Virus record (IMG/VR): IMGVR_UViG_3300028591_000197
Direction: 5' to 3' (one strand)
Origin: a virus
DNA: 64,000 bases
In this document: piece after piece, positions 40,338 through 52,259 of the stretch
Numbering within the stretch: the first letter of the stretch is position 1
How the letters are laid out: each line of letters opens with the position of its first letter
The notes under the pieces: model-generated
What the model was told of the DNA's origin: nothing
The model's input: the letters and a program-made list of their open reading frames with translations, nothing else
Databases searched by the model: none
Made by a program: the position numbers and the translations under genes

Positions 40338-41711
40338 ATGACACAAATATTTAAATGAGATGCGTCTATAAGAAATGTTCGTTTATGAGGGCAGACCATT
40401 TGAAAGGTGTTTAAATGAGATGGACAAATCCGACCAACATACATTCCTCCAATAGATTATCACGTAATATGAGATTTTACACAATGAAGTGCTCCTAGTT
40501 GATGGGACTGTTCTGGTGTATCATTTACTGCCGATTGAATAACTGTCGGTAGTTGAGAGCCTTATTGAATGGTAGTCAATTCTTCAAGCTCTGCACAAAA
40601 TCCTTTCCCATCTCTTAGTAATGCTAAATTAGTTGTAATGGATGTTTCATATGAGTGTTTATGAAATTCTTGAGATAGGATACAGGCTCAGTTTATAAAC
40701 TGATGACAAACTGTTGTAGTATGATTATTAGATAGTAATTGAGTTTGAGCCAATATGGATGGCGACCCTTTTATTCAAAACGAAGATTGAGCAATTACCG
40801 TATACACAGAAGATGTATTTAAAGTAACGTTATCTTTAAAACAGCAGACTTATGATTATGAACAATATCTACAAGGCGTTTATTCACACGTATGACAATA
40901 CTGAACGGGAGATACGATAACAACAGCTGATGTGTGAGCGATTAGGGGAATAAACTGATTAGCTATTTCGTTCAACTGAAGTGTTTGCATAAAATCTATA
41001 GATGTATATGTTTATATTGACGATGAACCTGTTGTAGTAACTACTCCTTGAATATATCATAATGCCTCTTTAGGATTAATCTCTTTATCAGATGCTAATT
41101 GAGAGAACCGAGTAACAATAGCTGATAAGAACCTATGAGCTTCTAAAGTCTATGACCCAGACGACCCAAATCCTGATTTATGATATTGCTATCAGTGGTG
41201 AAACAATTGTCCAGATTATTCAAGGACTTGATGGACTGACGCACTTAGAGATGCTTCTAGTTATTGACCAAATCAACCTTTCTATAGTACAACTTGGACT
41301 AATCCAAATTGGTGAAATTGGGACAACCCTGCTAATAATAACCTTTGGTGATGAGAAACTTGAACAAAGGAAGCGATGAAATGACCTTGTCCTATTTGAT
41401 TTAATATATGAGATAATAGCGTAAATCAATGAGCTCCAAATGGTTCTCAATGGACAAGAATAGGATATAACTTTAATAGTTTATATGCCAATAGTTCAAA
41501 TTATTTACTTGCAGATGAAAATGATAATCGATGGTCTGCGACTGCAAATATTGATACTCACGCATACGTTATCTGTTTTGGCGCTAATTGACGTTTAGAT
41601 ACAAATACTTGAATGTATAAAACATATACAAGTTATCATATTCGTCCTATAAAAAATACTTCAGTAATTCCAGATTCATCTTGGACTCCTTTATATCAAC
41701 TTAGTAATTAA
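40338..41711 (+). CDS. tail fibre / adhesin (about 457 aa) with the conserved N-module and a Fib_succ-like C-domain
   Basis: N-terminus MTQIFKGDASIRNVRLGGQTIGKVFKGDGQIRPT. Also ADKNLGASKVYD...GYCYQWGNN, GPCPIGFNIG and ...IRPIKN. Confidence 0.5.
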
Positions 41712-41712
41712 A

Positions 41713-43137
41713 ATGTGAGAAATAATTATTGATTCAAATTATATCTCTAAAGTAAAACTAGGAGATACAAACGTAGGGAAAGTCTATAAAGGTGATAATC
41801 AAATCTGGCCAAGGATACAAGTAGCAAATTATCATATGATGCGGGACTTCACAAATTGAAGCGCTCCTAGTTGATGGAGTTGTACATCTACTTCATTTAC
41901 TTCTGAATGAGTAAAAGCAACTGGTAGCAATGTATGAGTAATGGAATTTAGTCTTCCTTCTGCCGCATTAAATTCACTTAGGAATGCTCAATATGTAGAA
42001 TTTCTTGTACATTATTTTTGAGAGACAACCAGTTCTCAAATAAGAGTGCAATTATTGAATCCTAATGAAGTATATCCTGTATTATGATTTAATTTTGGTA
42101 GTGATTGATGAGATGTGCGTTATAGAGTTGCTAGCCAAAGTTTCGGCTCTTATGACTCTTGGGTATATGGACATAATGTTTCTAGAATAGCTCTTGACTT
42201 AATCCATCCTTACCAGTGATATAGTGATGGAAGAAAGCTTTTATATCAATGTATCTATAATGTATGATGACGATGAGAGCGTGCTACATATGAAGATGCA
42301 GTAAAGCTTAGATGAGCCACAACACTTGAAGCAAGAATAAAATGAGATTGTTATATAAAGTCTATAGAATTAATCTCCATAAGTACAAATCCTGCTATAG
42401 CTCCTTGAATATATTGGAATGATAGTATGTTATGATGAATGCTCTCTATGTCAGATAATTGATATCAGTGGATTTCTATAGCAGATAAGAATTTATGAGC
42501 TAGTAGTGTATATCGTAGTTGAACTCCTAGAGATTCTACCGCTTGATATTTTTATCAGTGGTGAAATAACTATTGACATTCTCATTGATGAGTCGATAAT
42601 CCTACTGATAAATTAATATGATATGCTGCAGACATACCAAGCCACTGACCAGGAAATTATTTTAGATACCCAGCATTTAGTTGAGTAGGACAATGTACTT
42701 GGTCTAAAGAATATAATTATAATCTTTGGTGAGATACTACGGATACAAATGCTTGAAGGCAATGACCTTGTGATAGTTGATTCCATATTCCATCTGTATA
42801 TGAAGCAATGAAATTTAGATTTTATTGGCGAAGTTTAATATATCGACGGCAATGACACTCTGGCTTATCATTGGACGATTTGTTTGCCCCTACGTGATAT
42901 TATGAAGGTGGCGATTGAAGTTATAGAAGCAGTTCAACATTTTGGCGAACGTCTACGCCATTTAAGCAAATCGATTACCCTTATAGCTGAGATGCTCGGG
43001 GTTTTTCGCTTGGTAATGATTCTGTAACTCGAGAAAGGCTATGTAACAACAGCGGTGTACATATTCGTCCATTCGCAAATGCTTCATACTATCCAAATGC
43101 TTCCTATTGGACTCCTTTATATCAAGCAAGTTATTAA
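41713..43137 (+). CDS. tail fibre / adhesin paralog (about 474 aa)
   Basis: N-terminus MGEIIIDSNYISKVKLGDTNVGKVYKGDNQIWP. Also ADKNLGASSVYRSG...GYFYQWGNNYG, GPCDSGFHIPSVYEA and ...IRPFAN. Confidence 0.5.
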
Positions 43138-43139
43138 AA

Positions 43140-44009
43140 ATGTGACAAATACGTAAATGAGATAATCTTATAAGTGGGGTAAAGCTAGGAGGACAAACTA
43201 TCAGAAAAGCATTTAAGTGAGACGCTCAGATTTGGCCTGTATATGTTCCACCTGTTGTATGAAATATAATTAGTTGTGATTTTACAAATGAAACTGACCA
43301 AAGCCTTATAAGCCAATGATTTCAAAGCGTTTGAGAATCTTATTGATTAACTGTCTCTTGAGACTGAAGTTGACTTAATTGGGTAACTTATGAAACAGAT
43401 ACAGCAAGTGGTATAGAATTCCCATACTCTGCAAGTCTAGTTTGAAAGCAAATATCTTGGACAGCATATGTACATAAACAAGATTTTGACTTATGGTGAG
43501 GACCTAAGTTGACACTACATATGAACCCCACACAAACTGGTCGTAATAAATATAGCAACATATCTTATATACCTTTAGCTTGGGTTGTATGAGAATATGA
43601 TTCAGGCTGGCCTACATATTCTAATGTAGACGCTTGATTTATATCTATATATGGATGAAATAGATACGATTGAAATAAATCTTGAAGTGGACTATATCGG
43701 TGAAGTTTATATGCCCCATCTTGATATGAAAATCTTTGATTCGGAGCTGACGTTTGAACGTATAAAATGGAATGATTTATTGATTTTGATACTTGGGCCT
43801 ATCAAAACACGCGAACTAATCCAAATTGAGACACGTATACTTTTGAAAGATACTTCACTCCATCTGACACATCACAAGAAGCTAAAGCTATAATTAATAA
43901 TAGTTTAGCGTCGTCTAATAAACATTTTTCTATAGAACTTTCTAGATGACGGTGATATCACTGAAGAGATGTTGATAGACGACTGTCTTTATATGTAGAT
44001 GTATATTAA
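43140..44009 (+). CDS. tail fibre paralog (about 289 aa)
   Basis: N-terminus MGQIRKGDNLISGVKLGGQTIRKAFKGDAQIWP. It is very TGA(Gly)-rich. Track ORF 43651.. lies in another frame and is rejected. Confidence 0.4.
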
Positions 44010-44234
44010 TATTTACTCCATTACACAATAATAATTTTTACCTTTTACCAACACCAAAACCAATGACAAATGATAATTCAAAAAGAACTCCTTGTCAAGT
44101 TTACACAAGAGTTATGTGATATATAAGACCTGTAGAATGATACAATCTTTGAAAGAAAAGTGAGTTCTATTGAAGAAAATACTTTGACGAAAATAAAATA
44201 GATAATTCAGATTTTATTAGAAAATATTCAACAC

Positions 44235-44456
44235 AATGTGAACAATCAAAATAATTACGGGGGAATTTTGTTCCCGTTGCCATATGATATCTCCTATGCT
44301 AAAGAAATATGCGGAGGAGAATGGATTATCTTTCATAGAGAAAGATATTAAAAATGCTAATCCAGATGAAATTGAAGGGGCTTCTATGTTACCTGTAATT
44401 TATTTCTGAGATGAAAGAATTGAATACGATGATGCTCTTGCTAAGGTTATGAAATA
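44235..44456 (+). CDS. glutaredoxin / NrdH-like small redox protein (about 73 aa)
   Basis: Active-site-like CSRC within MGTIKIITGEFCSRCHMISPMLKKYAEENGLSFIEKDI. Confidence 0.45.
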
Positions 44457-44558
44457 GCAGGTAATACCGTAGTCAAAAATATTTTAAGACACACAAATAA
44501 TACGATGTGGATAAATTACTTACTTCAAATTATTTTATCTAAAATAAACATTTTAAGA

Positions 44559-45503
44559 ATGGTAGATACTGATAAAACTCCAGAATTAACGGAGGAGAAA
44601 TTAAGAGCATTTGAATGAGCTCTTACATTACCTGAAGATATGGCAGAAGCTACAGACTTTGAAGCAGAGGAAGCTATCAATATAGACTACTCTGTAAAGC
44701 TACCAGATTTCTTTTCTCTATGAGAGTGGATTTATAAGACTTCAAATCAAGGTAGTCTATGAAGCTGTACTTCTATGTGAACAACTCACTGAACTCAAAT
44801 CCTTATGGTAAAGAAAGGGTGAGTAAAGCCTACTAATTCAAATATTGTCACTCCAGATTGGAAAGACTTATGGAGTAAAATGGGACATAGCACAACTAAA
44901 TATGACGGTTGAGACTATGTAGAAACTGCAGTAAAAACTGCACTAAAACAATGAATAAAAACAATAGAAAAATGAGACGAAGTTAAATTTGATTGATATG
45001 CTACATCTGCTTGGGATATGACAGATAAATGTATTGACACTATGAAGAGATACATTTATCAATGATGTCCTATTGTACGATGTGTAAGATGAGATAAAAA
45101 TACTTGGACACAGATGACTAAATGAGAAGTTAAAACTGTGCCTACAACTCCTACGGGATGACATTGTATAGCGCTTGTCGGTTGGGACGCTAACTGATTC
45201 TGGTTTATTAATAGCTGGAGCGCTAACGATGGTAAAAAACTAAAATCAAGATTCCATATTTCATATAAAGTAATGAAGGATTTTGGTTTGAAATTCAACT
45301 ATAGATATTGGGTTCTCTATGTTAAAGAAGATGCAAAGAAAGACCCAGAGTATCTAAAAAGAAAGAATATAGCTTTAATAGTATTACAGGTTCTAAAGAA
45401 ACAATATAACTGAGAATCAGCTGATGTACAGAAAGCTATAGTATCTCTGAGTCAAGCATTAAGAAAAGCTTACCCAGAAATAAATGAAGATTTACCTCTA
45501 TAA
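44559..45503 (+). CDS. papain-like (C1-type) cysteine peptidase; candidate endolysin (about 314 aa)
   Basis: NQGSLGSCTS, GGHCIALVGWDANG and FWFINSWSANDG resemble the C1 catalytic Cys, His and NSWG motifs. The gene sits immediately upstream of the holin. Confidence 0.45.
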
Positions 45504-45537
45504 TAATTTATTTATGTGAGAAGTTTCAACAGGGGGA

Positions 45538-45987
45538 ATGGTTGCCTCAATAGCTTGAGGTGTCTGCTTAGCTTGAATATTAGAATATTTTCAAGTTAGT
45601 TGTGAGACAGTAATAATCCTCTTTGTTATGCTTGCGCTAGATTATATATTTTGAATACTAGATGCCTACTTAAGAGATAGGAATAGTGTTACAAGTGACC
45701 AAATGCGAAGATGATTCTGGAGAAAGATGACTAGATGGATGTTGCCTTTGATAGTTATAGCTATACTTAGATGAGTTGGAGCGGGGGATTTACAAATGGC
45801 TTCAACTGTAATCTATTCTATTCTAATTATAACTGAAGGGTATTCTATTATAGGACATTTCTTCTCTATTAATACAGGTAAAGAATTACCAGAGATAGAT
45901 GCGTTTGAAATGTTAATCAAATTTATTACAAATCTATTAAAAGGTAAATTGCCTGAAGTTAAAGATAAAGATTTAGATGAAGAATAA
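45538..45987 (+). CDS. holin, Phage_holin_4_1 (LL-H / TcdE-like) family (about 149 aa)
   Basis: Carries LALDYIFGILDAYL followed by hydrophobic helices and a charged C-terminus. Track ORF 45796..45987 is its 3' part. Confidence 0.55.
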
Positions 45988-46048
45988 TAATATGGGGACC
46001 AACAAGCATAGGATAACAATTAATTGACAAGAGTATCATTTAAATAAA

Positions 46049-46387
46049 GTGATACCTGCCGATGCCAAAAGCGAGCACCACATTATTGGTAGAATGAATC
46101 GCTTACAATATAACACAAATGAAAAAATAAACAAGGTGCTAATGCTAGATAGGCAACACCAAGCTCTTAATAGATTCTACAACCAAGCACAAAGCCCACA
46201 CGAACAGCTAAAGACTATGCTAGAAATATGGGAACCTGTATTAAGCGACGTGGTGAGAGAAGAATTATATGCTATTCTCTCTCTGCCTAGATGAGCATTT
46301 TATAAAGAAGAATTAGTAAAGAGAAAATACAAAGATAAAGAGTTATTCTCTGATGAAATGAGTCACTTTTATAAGAAAAACTTATAA
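46049..46387 (+). CDS. hypothetical protein (about 112 aa)
   Basis: Track ORF 46049..46294 read through its TGA to TAA at 46385-46387. Confidence 0.4.
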
Positions 46388-46411
46388 AGTTATAGTAAAA
46401 ACCTTGAAAAA

Positions 46412-46427
46412 TATAATCTATATATAG
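46412..46427 (+). promoter_or_regulatory. conserved promoter-like motif copy 3 (TATAATCTATATATAG) followed by two hairpins (atagagaaa-cca-tttctctat; cccctag...ctagggg + T-run) at 46428-46495
   Basis: Exact 16-mer preceded by an A5 tract. Confidence 0.55.
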
Positions 46428-46505
46428 AGAAACCATTTCTCTATAGCCCCTAGTTATTCCCCCGATAGCTAGGGGTTTAATTTTTAATAGTTAATTTTAA
46501 TTGCT

Positions 46506-46799
46506 ATGAGAGCACTTAAAAATTTTATGAGAGACCGTAAAAAGGATATGCTAGGTTGCGGAGATTGTAAATGTAGAACTTTACAATGCTGGAGACTAGC
46601 TGATGAATATTGTGATTGTTGAGATTACAGCACTGAAGAAAACGTTACTCCTGTAGAGCCTGTAGAGCCAGTAAATCCTGATATTCCAGACGAACCTATT
46701 AATGATGACGATAATGACGATAATAACAATAACGAAAATAACGAAGAAGATAACAACGAAGAACCAGATATTTTAGATTTAAATGAATTAAATAGTTAA
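46506..46799 (+). CDS. small Cys-rich N-terminus / poly-acidic C-terminus protein (about 97 aa)
   Basis: CGDCKCRTLQCW...YCDCGDY followed by a D/E/N-rich tail. Confidence 0.4.
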
Positions 46800-46801
46800 T
46801 T

Positions 46802-47557
46802 ATGGCTATATTATGAATAGATGTAGCTAGGAATAATCTGCAAATAGCTTGAAGAAAGTATGCAGAAATTCAAAGGCAGTTAGATAGATATAATAAAGTA
46901 TTTGAAGCATATTCTAATGCTAGCCCAGAAACACAGATAAGAGCTGAATCTGTAATTAGATATGCTCTAGATGTTTACACTGGATTAAAGAAACAGCAAG
47001 AAGAAAATGCTATGAAAATGTATGAAGCACAGCAATGGGTTAATTATTATAGACAAAATACCCCACAGACAACACAAACAATTCAGGGTGATTTACAGAA
47101 TACCCCATCGCAAGACCCTATAGTCGATAGAACTGAGGCGGCTCCTGTGGAAACGGTACCTGTAATAGCAACAACAACTCCTTGAGCATTAAACAATAAT
47201 GCTCCAACAACAAATGTTGATACTACTACTTTGAATAACACTTCTGTGGCAACTTCTAATGTACAAGTTAATCCGACAGCTTCAGTTTGAACTACAAATA
47301 TAATTAAATCTCAAACTCCTAAATATCCTAACACAACAATAAGTCCTGTACAGACAACTACTCCAAGTAATGTTAATTGGCCTAACTATTGACCAGGTAG
47401 TGTGGCACAAATGCCAGGTACTTGAAATGTTCTTTCATTTAATACTACAATGCCTTATTCTACTTGAAGAAAGACGACTACTAGCAATTTATGAAAGACG
47501 GTTAATGAATTGTTTAGGAAATGAGCTACATATTTATATAATTATTTAAGAAAATAA
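46802..47557 (+). CDS. hypothetical Thr/Asn-rich protein (about 251 aa)
   Basis: Continuous frame with TGA read as Gly. Its stop overlaps the next ATG (TAATG). Confidence 0.4.
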
Positions 47558-48435
47558 TGCTTACACAAGAACAAGCAAATGCTTTAAATCTTGAGCAACA
47601 CGCTTTAGAGGCAGCAGAGCTTAGACAGATGGATGCGCAGAAGGAGATAGACAAATATGAAAAACTCCTTACTGATATTAGAGATAATATCAATTCCTAT
47701 ACTCCAGAGCAAAGAGAAAAAATTGCCGATATGTTACCTAGATTAACTGAGGGATATAATTCAGCAAAAGATAAAAGGGCTAAAGCTGAGGATGATTATT
47801 GGCAAAGAATTAATAAAATAAACGAGTACAAAGCATTAGATGCCCAACAAACTGCTCCTGCTCCACAACAAACAAGGAGAAGAAAAGTAGAAACTCCTAA
47901 TAATTATTTTGGTGGAGAGTGATGGTCTACATTACAAGATGGAACTTTAATCTCTCCAGATGGAATGACTATAGTTTATCCTGATTGAAGTATATCTTTT
48001 GGAGAAGCTGGAATGAGCTCTATTAATGATGCAACAGGATGGATATCTACTCCAGAAGGACCTAGATATGGCTGAGGTATTAAAACAGTTATTCATCCAT
48101 CTACACAACAAGAACAATATATGACTCCTATTACAGAATGAATAGGATGGATGTCTACTCCAGAGGGACCTAGATATGGTTGAGGTATTAAAACTGTAAC
48201 ACAAGAACAACCACAACAATATATGACTCCTATTACAGAATGAATTGGTTGGGGGTCAACAGCTAACTGACCAGCTTATTTAGGATGAGTTAGAACAGTT
48301 AAAGAAACTCCACAAGTGGTAAACTCTGGTAGTGCAGTTAGAGCTCCTCAATTAAAATGAGTTGACCCTAACTTTGTATATACTCCTTGAATGAAATTAA
48401 GAACTTGGGGTAATGGTACAGGTACTTTAATTTAA
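47557..48435 (+). CDS. hypothetical protein with internal tandem repeats (about 292 aa)
   Basis: Track ORF 47557..47922 read through its TGA. The repeat TGWISTPEGPRYGGGIKTV...QYMTPITEG occurs 2-3 times. Confidence 0.45.
48030..48260. repeat. tandem DNA repeat of about 100 bp, about 2.3 copies, inside the 47557 gene
   Basis: Seen directly. Minus-strand track ORF 47947..48219 is a shadow ORF of it. Confidence 0.6.
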
Positions 48436-48447
48436 TAATTTAGAATA

Positions 48448-49434
48448 ATGGCAACAAGAGACCCAGACTACATACTAAAGCAAATTAATAGTTTGCTAGA
48501 CTGAAGTAAGACTCCTAGCCAAGTTAGAATAGAGGATTGAATTAGTAGAGGTAGTGATGCAGCTCCTACTTACACAGTGCCTACTAATGTACCTGAATGA
48601 TTAGGTAGTGCGGCTCCATATTATCACTCTAATACTTTCACTCCTTCCGAAACATATAAGCTTCGTTCAGAATGATATTACGACCAATGAGATACTGCCT
48701 TATGAGATGCTTATAAGGCTTTATGGAATTGAAGTAATATTTATTCTAACACAGCGAATCAAATTACTGACTTCTATAGCCAATTAGCTAGTGATGTAGC
48801 AAAAAGAGAAATGGCTTTAGCTTGAGTAAAAGAAGGTGTGGCTAATAAACTCTTTAATGGTATTGAAGAAAGTAAAGCTTATGTTAATAGTATGTTCTGA
48901 CCTAATGGGACATTAACTAGAGAAGTAAATAAATATTACGACGACTTAGGGAATTATCTATCTACAGATGCCTGAAGACAAGCTGCTACAATAGCTGCAC
49001 AGTGAGCCCACACTTGAGCTTCTTTAGGTTCTATTAGAGCACAGCAAAATGAAGCATATAATCAAAGCTTCCAAAGATATATTCAAGCTAAAGAACAAGA
49101 AATTAATGCAAAACAAGCTATTGCTAGTAATCTAATTAATTTTATGTCAACTCTCAGAAAAGAATATTGAGATACAACAAATACATATATTATTTCTCAA
49201 TATCAAAGAGCTAATGATTTATTAGAAGCTATTAGTCAAAGTATTGCTGATGCTAATAAAGAAGTTGCTTGAGCAAGGTTAACGAATGCTACAAAATCTA
49301 GTTCTTCTAGCAGTAATAGTATGGGAGATGCTTTATGATGGTTAAGTAAATTACTTACATTATGAGCAGAAGAAGAAACAACAACTGATGAGTGAAGTAA
49401 TGAAGAAGATGAAAGATTTAGAGTTGTATCATAA
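48448..49434 (+). CDS. hypothetical structural protein (about 328 aa)
   Basis: Continuous frame from ATG 48448 to TAA 49432-49434. Confidence 0.4.
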
Positions 49435-49439
49435 TTAAA

Positions 49440-49694
49440 ATGGCACGTAATATATTTAGTAGGCAAGTGTGGAAACTTCAGCAAAGAGGTTTCCCACTAG
49501 CCGATGCTAAACGTATAGCATATAAACAGCAAGTAAAGAATGGGAACATTCAGCTGTGAACATATCAACTTACCGACCAGGGTAAGGAATATTCTAATTT
49601 ATTCTCTGAAAAGAGAGCTATAATTAGAAAGAATAGGGCTAGGCAAAATCAACTAGCCAAAAAACAAAATGCTTTAGATTGAGTTTTAGACTAA
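49440..49694 (+). CDS. small basic protein (about 84 aa)
   Basis: ATG at 49440 and TAA at 49692-49694. Confidence 0.35.
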
Positions 49695-49695
49695 A

Positions 49696-50139
49696 ATGGC
49701 ACACTGTAATTTATGTAACAAAAATACAAGATGTAGCTGCAAAGGGGGATGATGTCCTAATTGTAACTCAACAAATAAACAGATATCTTTCTTGAACGAC
49801 TTGCTCAAATTCTGAGTTAGCAAAGAAAGTATTCTAGCAGACCTAAATAATATTAGGAGATATGAATGACAAATAGATAGTTTCACTATGTATGAACATC
49901 TTACTAATGCGATAACTGAAGAAGAATTTGAACAGGCTGTTAAGGATTATCTTCCAAACAAACACAAGAAAGCGAAACCTGTTATTCAAAACGAAGTTGT
50001 AGATGTGTCTAATAGAGTAAATCCAGATACAAAACATAAATTCCCTAGCTCATCTGCTTGGAGTAGATGTGAATATTGTTGGGGAATTAGAAAATATGTA
50101 GAATGAAAAGAATGTCCTGCCCACAAGAAGGACGAATAA
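49696..50139 (+). CDS. Cys-rich (zinc-ribbon-like) protein (about 147 aa)
   Basis: N-terminus CNLCNKNTRCSCKGGGCPNC and C-terminus CEYCWGIRKYVEGKECPAH. Track ORF 49888.. is its 3' part. Confidence 0.4.
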
Positions 50140-50163
50140 TTTTAAATTAAACAATTAACTTAA

Positions 50164-51378
50164 ATGACAACAACAGCAAATCCTTTGTTAGAAAACTGCT
50201 GTAATCCTTGCTGCTGAGATAGCGGATGCAAAGGTAAGTGAGCTATTAACATTGTCTCTACAAATCCAGATTGCCTTAGAGTGGACACATCTGAGTGTTG
50301 AGTTGTAAAGCTCGAGCCGACTTGTCCTTCAGAGGTTATAGCTTGAGATAATGTCACAGTCGAAACTATTGAATGTGAAGAGTGAGCTAGTTGTAGCAAA
50401 AAGTATAAAGTTTCTGCTAACTGCGAAGACACAAAAGTAAAGGCCTGTCCTAGTGATACAAAAGCTTGAACCTTAACACAAAAGTTAGAAGCTTGACACG
50501 CAATTACACTTACACTAAATTGATGTGATTGAGAAACGGATAGTAAAATTCGTATCGATGTAGATGATGATAAGGTTAAAGTAGATATCCCAAAAATTAA
50601 AGTCATTAACAATTCTAATGTCGCTATGCTAGCAGTCAGTTGAGATGATTGACACACAATAACAATCTACGATAAAGAACAAAGCACATATGATAATATG
50701 TGTTGTTTGTGATTTGAATCATCAAAAGATTATACTGATGTAGAAACAGATGGTAGTGCAAACTCAAAAAGACCTCGCTTCATTTGAGAAGAAGGAAAGA
50801 ATTGGGATTTGTTCACTTGAAATAGAGAAATGGCTACAGCTCAATGAATTAAAATATTAGCCGATTGATACTACAGAGTTTTCTGACAGATTACCGTAGT
50901 AAACAATATTAAAAATGACCCATATTTTAATTTATGAAGATGATTATTGAGAATTGATTGAAATACTACAATCAGGCCAGAACTAGGTAATCGATATTTA
51001 TCTACAGCAAAGCACTGAGCATATGCTAGACAAATATTACTAGATGCTTGAACTTGAATAGATGTAGATAATGATTGAGTTATCTCTACAGGTAGCTGAC
51101 AGTGACAGACAGGATGAGATTTTGACTGACCTTGGATGACATTCAATATCGATACTCTAGTAGATTTAAGAGAATGAGATATTGTAACTGTGTGATATCG
51201 TCCACAGTCAAATATGGATAGAGCAAAGAATATAACTTGAAGCTTTAGATTTGTAGGAAAAGACGATAGCTCAACACATTTCCAAGCTTTATTCTGAGGA
51301 ACTGTAATTTGAGTTCATCAATTAGCTCCAAAGTTATTCCAAGATTGAGCTCCAAACAAAGTTTATGAAAGATTTTAA
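50164..51378 (+). CDS. Cys-rich N-terminus / C1q(TNF)-like C-terminus protein (about 404 aa); candidate receptor-binding protein
   Basis: CCNPCCGDSGCKGKG at the N-terminus. The C-terminus YYRVFGQITVVNNIKNDPYFNLGRGLLRIDGNTTIR...GAYARQILLDAG resembles a C1q-type jelly roll. Track ORF 50160..50657 on the minus strand is a shadow ORF. Confidence 0.4.
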
Positions 51379-51382
51379 TAAT

Positions 51383-51416
51383 AAAAAAAGTCCCACATTT
51401 AGTGGGGCTTTTTTAT
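51383..51416. terminator. bidirectional rho-independent terminator at the convergence of the plus- and minus-strand gene blocks
   Basis: Stem agtcccac-attt-agtggggct flanked by an A-run on one side and a T-run on the other. Confidence 0.6.
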
Positions 51417-51606
51417 AAAGTGAATATTAGGAATACAGCACTTAACGATACTATGAGTGTTATACATAATATAGTGAAGTTAAGTTCCATCTCCTTCATC
51501 CTCTTTTCAAGTTTGCTATTTTTTGAAATGAGAGTTTCAATTAACCTATTACAACTCTTTATCTGCTCATCCACAGATGTTTTCTCTTGGGTCATAGGTT
51601 GGCTCG
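51413..51606 (-). CDS. small tail-anchored membrane protein (about 64-96 aa); start uncertain
   Basis: Track ORF 51413..51703 ends in a C-terminal TM helix (LNFTILCITLIVSLSAVFLIFTL). Its 5' portion overlaps the 3' end of the upstream gene in another frame. Confidence 0.35.
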
Positions 51607-52235
51607 CAACAGATGTTGCTACAGCATTCGACTTCGTGAACATTTTCTCTATCTGGTTGATAAAAAGATTTCTCCTCCTCTGGCCAACCATACCACATTT
51701 CAATTTTACCGTCCCTATAACTTATTAGAGGGAAGTTACAGAATTCATCTGATTCTACAGCACGACAGAAAGCCTGAAAGAAATCCCATCTTTTTCTTAA
51801 CTTGTAGAAGTTTTGGTCAGCTGAACCGAAAGCTATACTAGCTCAATCTTTTGGTTCTGTTATACTATATTCATCAGCTATCCATAAGGTATCGGTCTTT
51901 GGCTCAAGGAATACAAATGCAGCCTGTGGGTCGCTTGTAAGCTCCTTAAGTTCTTTGTGGGCATCGGCGAGGACTTCCTGGAGAAAGAACTTTAATTCAT
52001 TTGTAGTTTTAAATTTCTTATTTGCAAGTCTATTTTCTACAATGTTTAAAACATAGTCGATGTCTTTAATTGTCCCACATCCTGCAGCAATAAGAGTTAC
52101 ATTTTTTCCTACAATTTCCCTTATCTTAGGGCGATATCAATCTTTAGCACTAGACATTACTTGTCCGATAGTTACAGCATCATCTACAACTAATGTCCAT
52201 CTGTCTCTTACTTTTGTTGCTCAAATAAGTGTCAT
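51549..52235 (-). CDS. hypothetical protein (about 228 aa)
   Basis: Continuous frame from ATG at 52235 to TAA at about 51549 with TGA read as sense. The Cys-rich last 40 aa overlap the previous feature. Confidence 0.35.
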
Positions 52236-52259
52236 TTTGTTTTTGTTTAAGAAAATAAA

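Noticed and set aside
43651-43893. Track ORF 43651..43893 (+) as a gene
   Set aside because: It is in a different frame from the TGA-containing fibre paralog 43140..44009, which carries the conserved N-terminal module. The standard-code ORF product looks random.
51549-52235. Assigning a proteasome/Ntn-hydrolase function to the 228-aa minus-strand protein
   Set aside because: It rests only on a vague N-terminal resemblance. No catalytic motif is recognisable.
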